From Saprospiraceae bacterium (GTDB lineage: Bacteria; Bacteroidota; Bacteroidia; Chitinophagales; Saprospiraceae): 64,000 nt of DNA. Positions 56,178 through 64,000 of this stretch are shown here, piece after piece. The stretch covers positions 49,016 through 113,015 of the forward strand of contig JBGCFY010000046.1 of the NCBI GenBank assembly GCA_045110315.1. The letters are read 5' to 3'. Position 1 is the stretch's first letter; each line of letters opens with the position of its first letter. The notes under the pieces were generated by a model, which was given only the letters and a program-made list of their open reading frames with translations, was not told the origin of the DNA and ran no database searches. Made by a program: the position numbers and the translations under genes.

Positions 56178-58349
56178 TTATAAATTTGCTTTAATAAAGT
56201 TTGTCATTTTCGTATACAAATGTAATCTAGTATTTCCACCATAAATCCCGTGATTCCGATTGGGATAAAAATAAGAATCAAACTGCACATTTGCTTTGAC
56301 CAAGGCATTAAACATCTCCGCAGCGTTTTGAAAGTGTACATTATCATCGCCAATACCATGTACTAACAAATAACTTCCTTTAATTTTATCCGCAAAATAA
56401 ACGGGGGAATTAGATTCATACCCTTGCTTATTTTCTTTGTACGTACGCATATACCGTTCTGTATAAATAGAATCGTACCATTTCCAGTTTGTCACGGGAG
56501 CTACGGCGATAGCCGCTTTGAAAACATCTGCTCCTTTTGACAAACACAAGGAAGACATATAACCACCGTAACTCCAGCCAAAAATTCCAATTCGGCTTCC
56601 TTCTACGTAGGGCAAGCTAGCCAAATATTTAGCCGCTTCAATTTGATCCATCGTTTCGTATTTTCCTAGTTCGAGGTAGGTCATTTTTTTAAACTCTTCC
56701 CCTCTAGCGCCGGTTCCTCGATTGTCAACACTAACTACAATGTAACCTTGCTGTGCTAACATTTGGAACCACCAGTAGTTAGCTCCAATAAAACGATCAT
56801 TAACAGTTTGGCTTCCTGGACCGCCGTACACATACATAAAGACTGGATACTTTTTAGTTGCATCAAAATCAACGGGCTTAATCATGTAACCATTTAGAGC
56901 AACCGCTTCACTGGTTTTGAAATTAAAAAATTCAACGGGTGCTACACCATATTCTGTTTGCATCGCTTTGACCGCAGCGTTGTCCTCTATCACTCGAATT
57001 TCTTTGCCTTTTAAATTATAAACGGTGTAACTATTTGGTGTATTAACGTCAGAGTGCGTAGTCACGTAGTAATCGTACGTACTGCTAAACTGAACATTGT
57101 TTGTCCCTTTTCGCGGGGTCAACTTTTTCTTCTTTTTACCTTTCAGGTTAATACTATAGATTGCTCTTTCTAACGGCGAATCTTCTGCCGCTTGGTAGAA
57201 AATAATTTTTCGATCTGCGTCGTAACCGTAGAAATTGGTAACGTCAAACTTTCCAGAAGTAATTTGTTTTTTCATTTCCCCTTTCATATCGTAGAGATAG
57301 ATATGATTATAACCATCTTGTTCGCTCGTCCAGATAAAATGTTTACCATCTTTTAGGAAAGTTAAGTTATCGTGGATGTCGATGTAGTATTTATTTTTTT
57401 CTTGGAGTAATAAACTCGTCTTTCCATTATTTGCATCAACGCGTAATAATTCTAAATCATTCTGGTGGCGATTCATGCGAAATGCACAAAGCGTTTTAGC
57501 ATCTATCCATTTAATCCGAGGAAAGTATTTATCCTTTTCTGCGCCGGTTTCTACCTTAGTAATTTTGGCAGTATTGAGATCGTAAATATGTACAGTAACA
57601 ACTGCATTATCTTCTCCCACTTTAGGATATTTAAATTTACTGTAAGCCGGATAGGCTTCGTCGTAATACATTGTCATTGAAAACTCTTTTACCTTTGATT
57701 CGTCAAAACGCATAAAAGCAATTTTGTTGCCATCTGGCGACCATTCAAATGCTTTAGACATTGCAAATTCTTCTTCGTAAACCCAATCGGTAGCACCATT
57801 AATAATCGCGTTACTTTTTCCGTCTTTGGTGATTTGTTTGATTTTTCCCGTTCCTAAATCTTTGTAATAAAGATTATTAGCTTTTACAAAAGCAACTTTG
57901 TCTGCCTGATCAGAAAAACTTGCGTAGCGCACTTTATTTTCGCCATCTACGTCGGTTAAGGTTTCTGAAGCACGATCCCAAACGAAGAACTTAGCACGGG
58001 TAGAACGCCGATAGATCGCTTCCGTTTCACTTTTAATCAACATCCTTTTTTCGTCGCTACTAAATTGATAACCATCAAATTTACCTTTGAATAAATCTTG
58101 GTTGGTAATCGCGCTGGCGTCAAAGATTACTTCAGTCTCAGCCCCTGTCAACAAATCATATTGCTTGACTTCGGTTTCGACTTGGCGAGTGTAGTGTTTT
58201 CCATCATTTTGGAAATTAAACCCAGGAACGGATTGTCCGAAAAAGCTATAATCTCGCCAGATGTTCTCTACCGTAATGGCTTTTTGAGCCGTTAAGTTCG
58301 CGATACTAAATAAGAAAAGTAGGAGAAAAGTAAATCGTTTACGCATCAT
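56178..58349 (-). CDS. S9-family dipeptidyl peptidase IV
   Basis: ATG 58347-58349 gives the signal peptide MMRKRFTFLLLFLFSIANLTAQ (the track starts at 58463). A beta-propeller region precedes the catalytic domain, which has GIFGWSYGGYM (Ser), GIGDDNVHF (Asp) and NRNHGI (His). Confidence 0.9.
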   Translation of the reverse strand: MMRKRFTFLLLFLFSIANLTAQKAITVENIWRDYSFFGQSVPGFNFQNDGKHYTRQVETEVKQYDLLTGAETEVIFDASAITNQDLFKGKFDGYQFSSDEKRMLIKSETEAIYRRSTRAKFFVWDRASETLTDVDGENKVRYASFSDQADKVAFVKANNLYYKDLGTGKIKQITKDGKSNAIINGATDWVYEEEFAMSKAFEWSPDGNKIAFMRFDESKVKEFSMTMYYDEAYPAYSKFKYPKVGEDNAVVTVHIYDLNTAKITKVETGAEKDKYFPRIKWIDAKTLCAFRMNRHQNDLELLRVDANNGKTSLLLQEKNKYYIDIHDNLTFLKDGKHFIWTSEQDGYNHIYLYDMKGEMKKQITSGKFDVTNFYGYDADRKIIFYQAAEDSPLERAIYSINLKGKKKKKLTPRKGTNNVQFSSTYDYYVTTHSDVNTPNSYTVYNLKGKEIRVIEDNAAVKAMQTEYGVAPVEFFNFKTSEAVALNGYMIKPVDFDATKKYPVFMYVYGGPGSQTVNDRFIGANYWWFQMLAQQGYIVVSVDNRGTGARGEEFKKMTYLELGKYETMDQIEAAKYLASLPYVEGSRIGIFGWSYGGYMSSLCLSKGADVFKAAIAVAPVTNWKWYDSIYTERYMRTYKENKQGYESNSPVYFADKIKGSYLLVHGIGDDNVHFQNAAEMFNALVKANVQFDSYFYPNRNHGIYGGNTRLHLYTKMTNFIKANL

Positions 58350-58492
58350 AATTCTGTTTTTCTTTACTAACGAAAAAATCATTTCCAATAGTCCCGATTT
58401 TTCGTTAAATTTTTGGAGGTATTTAATATTATTTGATTTTTTGGTTAAGGGATTACTCCACAATTTTTGGGAGGACAGTTCACAAAGGAAAG

Positions 58493-59986
58493 TTAGTGAT
58501 TTTTAACCAATTCTTTTAAAGCTTCTTGTACCTGTTTTCGTGCCTTCCGTTTTTCGATAACGACTGCTGGTACGGCACGTTCGCTGCAATTCTCAATGGC
58601 ACATCGTTCGCAGGTATTATTAACTTCCGTTTTACTAATGGCTGGATCATTTAGAAATTGAATACGACTACTAGATTCTTGATTGATTAACAAACCAATG
58701 GTTACACTGATGTTTCGTCCCGCCGCTGGTGCGTCTGGACGAGCTAAGGTAATGCAGAGGTATTCGTCATCACTACCAAAATAACGGGAGCGCTGAGCAC
58801 CAACGATCGTACCCACGTATTTTCCTGACCGTTGGATATGAAATAAATCCTTGAGTAAAGAAACTGACAACCAACGTCGACAGTAGTGCTCATGTAGACC
58901 ATTGCCGTGTGGCTGATGTTGTCGATTCAAATGCATTTCTTTCTGAATCTCAAATTTATCTTGCTGTGTTAGATGTACAATTCGAAAGAAGAATATTTTT
59001 TCTAACCCAAAAAACTGAGGAATGACATTGGTTAGTCGCTGATACAACATTTCAGGAGACGACTGGTATTTGTGCAATAAAGAGACAAAAGCTTCTCCGT
59101 CCCATTTCTTTTTTTGAAAAAATACTTGCAAATCTTTGACGAAGGAAGTTCTATTGATCAACAAGGCGGAAGAAAAATAAGAAGCTTTGTAATGACTCAG
59201 CACTTGCTCGAAAGATTCTAGCCGCAACAAGGAGGAAGTATGTACGCGATCTTTCAGTTTTAATACTTTAAAGCCAATTTCTTTACCGTACTGAAAAGCC
59301 ATTTGAACATCCGATAAGCCATCATTTAGTAGTAACTTCTTTTTTTGTGGTAAAAATAAAGTTCGTAAATCCGCCAACTCAGGATGAGCACTAAGACCGT
59401 CTTTAACAATCCGGTAACCATATTCTTGTTTGAGTACATTTTCTAAGGACTCAATGGGAACGAGAGATTGCTTAGAAAGCTCATGATCGAGTGCAAATTC
59501 CGCAGCGGCAGTTTCAATATCTTCAAAATAATTGTTATGCAATTCAATATAGGACCGTAGGGCACCAAAGTAAAAATTTTCTTCGCGTAAAGCATAATTC
59601 CGAGCCAACTCTACCAAGGTAGAAATAAAGGCTCCAACGCGCAAGGGAGAATTTGCAATAATTTCAACAACTTTACTCAGTTCGATTCCAAATAAATCTA
59701 AGGGGAGCTCGTTTAAAAAGTTAGAATGCAGTAAATCACCAACGGGTGCCAAGCTACGTTTTAGTTCCAGAGAGCTCAACTCTTCAAAACTAACGTTGAA
59801 AGTATCTGCCAGCGCTTGAATTTTATCCGGTTTGGGATATTTTTTACCCTTTTCGATTTCGTTAAGGTAAGAAACCGACATACCGGTTTGTTCTGCTAGT
59901 TCTTTGGAGAGTAAATTATGCTCCACTCGAAGCTGTTTCACCTTCAATCCAAAAATAATCCTGCTATTTTGCGTTTTTACACTCAT
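58493..59986 (-). CDS. XRE-family regulator with degenerate ImmA/IrrE-like middle domain and Cys-rich C-terminal domain (COG3800 / PrpR-ScfR-like architecture)
   Basis: The N-terminal HTH is FGLKVKQLRVEHNLLSKELAEQTGMSVSYLNEIEKGKKYP. The middle region AFQYGKEIGF sits where HExxH lies in ImmA peptidases. C-terminal cysteines are HEHYCRRW ... NNTCERCAIENCSERA. Confidence 0.65.
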   Translation of the reverse strand: MSVKTQNSRIIFGLKVKQLRVEHNLLSKELAEQTGMSVSYLNEIEKGKKYPKPDKIQALADTFNVSFEELSSLELKRSLAPVGDLLHSNFLNELPLDLFGIELSKVVEIIANSPLRVGAFISTLVELARNYALREENFYFGALRSYIELHNNYFEDIETAAAEFALDHELSKQSLVPIESLENVLKQEYGYRIVKDGLSAHPELADLRTLFLPQKKKLLLNDGLSDVQMAFQYGKEIGFKVLKLKDRVHTSSLLRLESFEQVLSHYKASYFSSALLINRTSFVKDLQVFFQKKKWDGEAFVSLLHKYQSSPEMLYQRLTNVIPQFFGLEKIFFFRIVHLTQQDKFEIQKEMHLNRQHQPHGNGLHEHYCRRWLSVSLLKDLFHIQRSGKYVGTIVGAQRSRYFGSDDEYLCITLARPDAPAAGRNISVTIGLLINQESSSRIQFLNDPAISKTEVNNTCERCAIENCSERAVPAVVIEKRKARKQVQEALKELVKNH

Positions 59987-60045
59987 AAGAAGCGCTAAAA
60001 ATACTAATTTTATCGCTTCAACCGTAAGAAGCGGTTTAAAACTAT

Positions 60046-61854
60046 ATGAATTTAACTGAAATATACCAAGAAAGAGCCAAGCGATTTGAGCAATTGGCAG
60101 CGAGCCTCCAAGACAAGTACAATAAATTTGCTTTAATTCGACTACTTTCCTTTGTCCTTGGGCTGGGCATTTTAATCTACTTATGGGCTGCCCAGATATG
60201 GTTAGGTGCCGTGGGTACTTTTATTTTTTTATTGGCTTTTGGCAAATTTATGCATTGGCATTTAGCCTTACAAAAGACTCAAATTCACTCCGAGCAGTTA
60301 CATCAAATTAACTTGCAGGAACTGGCTGTCTTAAATAATGACTTATCCGCTTTCGAAGATGGTGAAGAATTTATGGATCCCGCACATCCTTACGCAATTG
60401 ATTTGGATATTTTTGGTCCTTATTCTTTTTTCCATTATGCCAATCGAACTTCAAGTGCGATTGGCAAACATATGCTCGCGGAATACCTGACACAACCGCC
60501 AACACTCGAAGAAGTTAAGCGCAGACAAGCCTCCATTGCTGAGTTGAAAGAAGACTTGGATTGGCGACAAAATTTCCAAGCACATGGAAGAACGACTGCG
60601 GACAAAATTCAGCACGTAGATGCACTCAAAGAATGGTTAACAAAACCCAATTTTATTGTACACCAAACTTGGTTGCAATGGGCGATGTACATTGTCCCCA
60701 TCATTGTAACGGTAGGCTCCATTTATATTTTCCTTAATCTCTCTTGGGCTTTTTTCCTCTTGCTCTTCGCCTTGCCTTTTGCAATTTTAAAATATACCCT
60801 AGATCACATCAACACCATCCATCACCAAACGAATCAAGCGGGGGAAATCCTAATTTTCTATGCTAAGTTGATCGAACACATTGAACAAAAGGACTTTAGC
60901 TCAGAAAAACTCCAACAGTTAAAAACAGGCCTCCACACCGAAGGCGCACTGGCATCGAAACAAATTGATCGACTCGCTTATATCATTACCCAATTAAATA
61001 AAAGAAATAATTTCTTCGCCATCTTTTTAAATCTTTTTGGACTTTGGGATTTACATTGGACGGTAAAGTTAGAAAAGTGGAAAATTCAACAAAAAAACTA
61101 TCTTCCTCGGTGGTTTGATGCGCTGAAAGAATTCGAAGCACTATCAAGTTTAGGAACAATGTTTTTCAATAATGATGACTGGATTTTTCCTATCCTTCAC
61201 CAAAAAGATATTGTAGAAGCGGTAGCCTTAGGGCATCCTTTACTCTCGCGCACCAAGCGGATTTGCAACGACGTGAGCATTCCTACAGAAGCCCATATTA
61301 AATTAATTACCGGTTCTAATATGGCCGGTAAAAGTACTTTTCTACGTACGGTGGGACTCAATATTGTGTTGGCAATGATTGGTTCTCCCGTTTGTGCCAA
61401 GCGCTTTGAATTGCCTTTGTTAAGTGTATATTCAAGTATGCGGACCCAAGATGCACTGCATGAAAGCACTTCTTCTTTTTACGCAGAACTCAAACGGCTT
61501 AAGATTATCATTGATGCTATTGAAGAACGGGCGCAACACAAAGATACGCAGCGCCAAGTATTTTTCCTGATGGATGAAATTTTGAAAGGAACCAACTCGC
61601 GAGATCGACACACTGGCTCAAAAGCGTTGATCAAACAATTGATTGAGAGCAAAGGATCTGGAATTATCGCTACACACGACTTAGAGTTGGGAGTATTAGA
61701 AGCTTCCTACGGTGGTGCCATTGAAAACTTGTGCATTGAAGTCACCGTAGAAAATGCGAAGTTAGTTTTCGATTATAAAGTCAAAAAAGGTATTAGTCAG
61801 AGCTTCAACGCTACACATTTAATGCGAGAGATGGGAATTAAAATTCCTTCTTAA
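60046..61854 (+). CDS. membrane-anchored MutS-family ATPase paralog (domain V only)
   Basis: Predicted TM helices near residues 30-65 and 205-245. Walker A ITGSNMAGKSTFLR, Walker B FFLMDEILKGTNSRDR, and ATHDLEL. No mismatch-binding N-domain is recognisable. Confidence 0.8.
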   Translation: MNLTEIYQERAKRFEQLAASLQDKYNKFALIRLLSFVLGLGILIYLWAAQIWLGAVGTFIFLLAFGKFMHWHLALQKTQIHSEQLHQINLQELAVLNNDLSAFEDGEEFMDPAHPYAIDLDIFGPYSFFHYANRTSSAIGKHMLAEYLTQPPTLEEVKRRQASIAELKEDLDWRQNFQAHGRTTADKIQHVDALKEWLTKPNFIVHQTWLQWAMYIVPIIVTVGSIYIFLNLSWAFFLLLFALPFAILKYTLDHINTIHHQTNQAGEILIFYAKLIEHIEQKDFSSEKLQQLKTGLHTEGALASKQIDRLAYIITQLNKRNNFFAIFLNLFGLWDLHWTVKLEKWKIQQKNYLPRWFDALKEFEALSSLGTMFFNNDDWIFPILHQKDIVEAVALGHPLLSRTKRICNDVSIPTEAHIKLITGSNMAGKSTFLRTVGLNIVLAMIGSPVCAKRFELPLLSVYSSMRTQDALHESTSSFYAELKRLKIIIDAIEERAQHKDTQRQVFFLMDEILKGTNSRDRHTGSKALIKQLIESKGSGIIATHDLELGVLEASYGGAIENLCIEVTVENAKLVFDYKVKKGISQSFNATHLMREMGIKIPS

Positions 61855-61962
61855 GACTTTAACCGAAGCGAGTCAGACAATGAAGTTGTTTAATGTTTAG
61901 TGCCAACGATTGATGTTTTTTTTATTACCTTGTTTGCTTACTCAACTAAAAGCAAACCAATT

Positions 61963-62739
61963 ATGATTTTTCCAATCGGTGACGATCAAGTCCAAGGAGG
62001 TTACAAACCTATTTTTAGTTATGGCTTTATTGGTTTGAATATTCTAATTTTTTTATTTCAATACACGACCCCAAGTGCTTTTATTTGCGAATTTGGTTCA
62101 ATTCCAAATGATATCGTCCGAGGAGAAAATTACTATACTTTATTAACTAGCATGTTTATGCATGGTGGCGTGATGCACTTGGTGGGAAATATGCTATTCC
62201 TTTGGGTTTTCGCTGATAATATTGAAGCCTCCGTCGGTAATATCAATTTCCTTGTTTTTTATTTATTGGGTGGTTTGGCGGCATCGCTGGCGCACATTTA
62301 TTTTAGTACCACGATGGGGGCAGAGCTTACCAATGCTTGTTGTGAAGTTTGTAGTTCGAGCATTCCTTGTACCACGAGCAACCCAACGCCTTGCCCAGGG
62401 TCTATCCCGACCGTCGGTGCGAGTGGTGCAATCGCTGCTGTCATGGGCGCATACCTCGTCATGTTTCCCAAATCGCGCATCAAGGTGCTTGTTTTGATTT
62501 TATTTAGAACCTTCCGAATTCCAGCTATCTTCTTTTTAGGATTATGGATTGGTCAACAACTTTTGAGTGGTTTTGCCGCGATTGGTCCGCAAGCTGCTTC
62601 CTCTGGTGTAGCTTGGTGGGCACATATTGGTGGTTTTGCTTTTGGCGTATTTGCAGGTTTCTTTGCACGCCACGGTGGTGACCATCTCAATCCTCCTGAG
62701 TTGCCGACGAAACACTACGACGATGGCAACTTTGTGTAA
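61963..62739 (+). CDS. rhomboid-family intramembrane serine protease
   Basis: ATG 61963 (the track starts at 61900). Shows HGGVMHLVGNMLFLW, the catalytic GASGAIAAVMGAYL and HIGGFAFG. A Cys-rich insert precedes the Ser helix. Confidence 0.85.
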   Translation: MIFPIGDDQVQGGYKPIFSYGFIGLNILIFLFQYTTPSAFICEFGSIPNDIVRGENYYTLLTSMFMHGGVMHLVGNMLFLWVFADNIEASVGNINFLVFYLLGGLAASLAHIYFSTTMGAELTNACCEVCSSSIPCTTSNPTPCPGSIPTVGASGAIAAVMGAYLVMFPKSRIKVLVLILFRTFRIPAIFFLGLWIGQQLLSGFAAIGPQAASSGVAWWAHIGGFAFGVFAGFFARHGGDHLNPPELPTKHYDDGNFV

Positions 62740-63077
62740 AGTATTATACATTTCCTTGGTCTTTATGTCAAATTTTTAGCAAACCATTATTCTAAAGTTC
62801 ATTTTTTGTGAGAATCTTCTAGCTTTACAACTACATAGTGATATATGAACATTTTTTTGTTTATTTATCATAAAACATTGTAGCTACGCTGTAGAGATAT
62901 CACTCTATTTCCAAAAAATACCGCTCTGTTATTTTAATACTCTTGTGTATTGAATCCGCTTAAATTCACTTTCTTTGATTTAATCCTCAAGGAAAACATA
63001 ACATACGCTTACTATTTCAAATCACCCATTTACGCATAGAAGTCATTCGAAGGCTTCTTGCACTAAACTTGTTAAAG

Positions 63078-63875
63078 ATGAAAAAAAATTTACTCCTTGT
63101 ACTTGCACTATTTATTAGTAGCTTTTCTTTTGCCCAGTTAGGCACGGCAGAAGATTTTACCATTACAGATATTAATGGTAACGAACATAACCTTTATAGC
63201 ATTCTTGATCAAGGTAAAGTAGTTGTACTCGATGTTTCTGCTACGTGGTGTGGTCCCTGTTGGACCTTACATCAAAATCATTATTTAGAAGATTTGAACG
63301 AAACTTATGGCCCCAATGGTACCGACCAAATCCGTGTAATCTTTTATGAAGGAGACGCTGCTACAGATAATGACGCATTGAACGGAATTAGCGGTAATAC
63401 TTTGGGAGACTGGGTAACAGGAGTAACTTATCCGATCATCAATGAAAGCCCAATTACCTTGAGTCTTAGTCTTTATGCACCAGAAGGATTTCCTACGGTA
63501 AATATTATTCGCCCTACGGATAAGGAAATCATTGCGGATGCTTGGAATTACAATTTGCAACAAATGATTGATGCAATCACTCCTATTTTACAACCCGTTG
63601 TAACGGTTGGCGTGAATGATTTAGAAGAAAACGCTAACGTAGAAGTTTATCCTAATCCTGCGTCGGATTTTTTATGGGTAGATCTTGAGGAAGTAAATAC
63701 CGAAATCAATCAGATTGAAATTCATAATGCTTTGGGTCAACGGGTACATACGATTGCCATTACGACAGATACAAAGATCAGAATTGACCTCAATGACTAT
63801 GCAGCTGGTCTTTACTTTGTAAATCTTCAGAGTGAGAATCAAACGGTAGCAGTAAAGAAATTTGTTAAGGATTAA
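63078..63875 (+). CDS. secreted thioredoxin-fold protein with T9SS C-terminal sorting domain
   Basis: Signal peptide MKKNLLLVLALFISSFSFAQ. VLDVSATWCGPCW (CGPC). The C-terminal VYPNPASDFLWVDL...AGLYFVNLQSENQTVAVKKFVKD is the CTD pattern. The track starts at TTG 63069. Confidence 0.75.
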   Translation: MKKNLLLVLALFISSFSFAQLGTAEDFTITDINGNEHNLYSILDQGKVVVLDVSATWCGPCWTLHQNHYLEDLNETYGPNGTDQIRVIFYEGDAATDNDALNGISGNTLGDWVTGVTYPIINESPITLSLSLYAPEGFPTVNIIRPTDKEIIADAWNYNLQQMIDAITPILQPVVTVGVNDLEENANVEVYPNPASDFLWVDLEEVNTEINQIEIHNALGQRVHTIAITTDTKIRIDLNDYAAGLYFVNLQSENQTVAVKKFVKD

Positions 63876-63914
63876 TGAGCACTATTTGCGAATAGTCGCA
63901 CATTAAATTTAATT

Positions 63915-63947
63915 AGGCGCGGGTTATTTACTCGTGCCTATTTTTTT
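63915..63947 (+). terminator. intrinsic terminator
   Basis: AGGCGCGGG pairs with CTCGTGCCT (9 bp including 2 GU) around the loop ttattta. It is followed by a+TTTTTTT (63941-63947). Confidence 0.7.
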
Positions 63948-64000
63948 GTCTTCAACTTGTCCTTCTAAAAAATTGAGCCCTAGTAATAAAAAGAAGACAT

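Overview
This 64-kb window looks like a chromosomal segment of a Bacteroidota genome. The evidence is two secreted proteins with T9SS-type C-terminal sorting domains, TAnnTTTG-type promoter boxes close to start codons, frequent TTG/GTG starts, and ECF-sigma plus beta-barrel partner architecture. I cannot assign genus or species from the sequence alone.

I can support about 50 protein-coding genes. Most are housekeeping: hmgA (5' part), proS, bcp, aat, clpS, hemW, methylmalonyl-CoA mutase, tonB, galE, cysQ, uvrC, parC, smpB, DPP-IV, and M1/M16/M23 peptidases. I recognised no rRNA, tRNA, CRISPR array, transposase or integrase.

The most unusual locus is 17241-22978. It holds a stand-alone NRPS/DltA-type adenylating enzyme and a small carrier protein, packed with three GNAT/FemAB-fold proteins and a NodB deacetylase. 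This looks like a carrier-protein-dependent aminoacyl or acyl decoration system for an envelope glycan or lipid. It lacks the transferase types known from Dlt, Alm or exosortase systems.

Other notable items:
- a family of GTACTAAG-containing palindromic intergenic repeats, including two 44-nt copies that differ at one base and lie 26 kb apart
- a modular, extremely low-complexity secreted protein with 9-, 12- and 42-nt coding tandem repeats
- an M1 peptidase with a beta-barrel-like C-terminal half
- an antirepressor-like gene islet between long AT-rich spacers
- several unusual hairpins

All functional calls rest on motif and family recognition by eye; no database search was run. Many ORF-track entries are N-terminally over-extended because the track uses the first ATG/GTG/TTG. 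I give the start I consider most likely and note alternatives.
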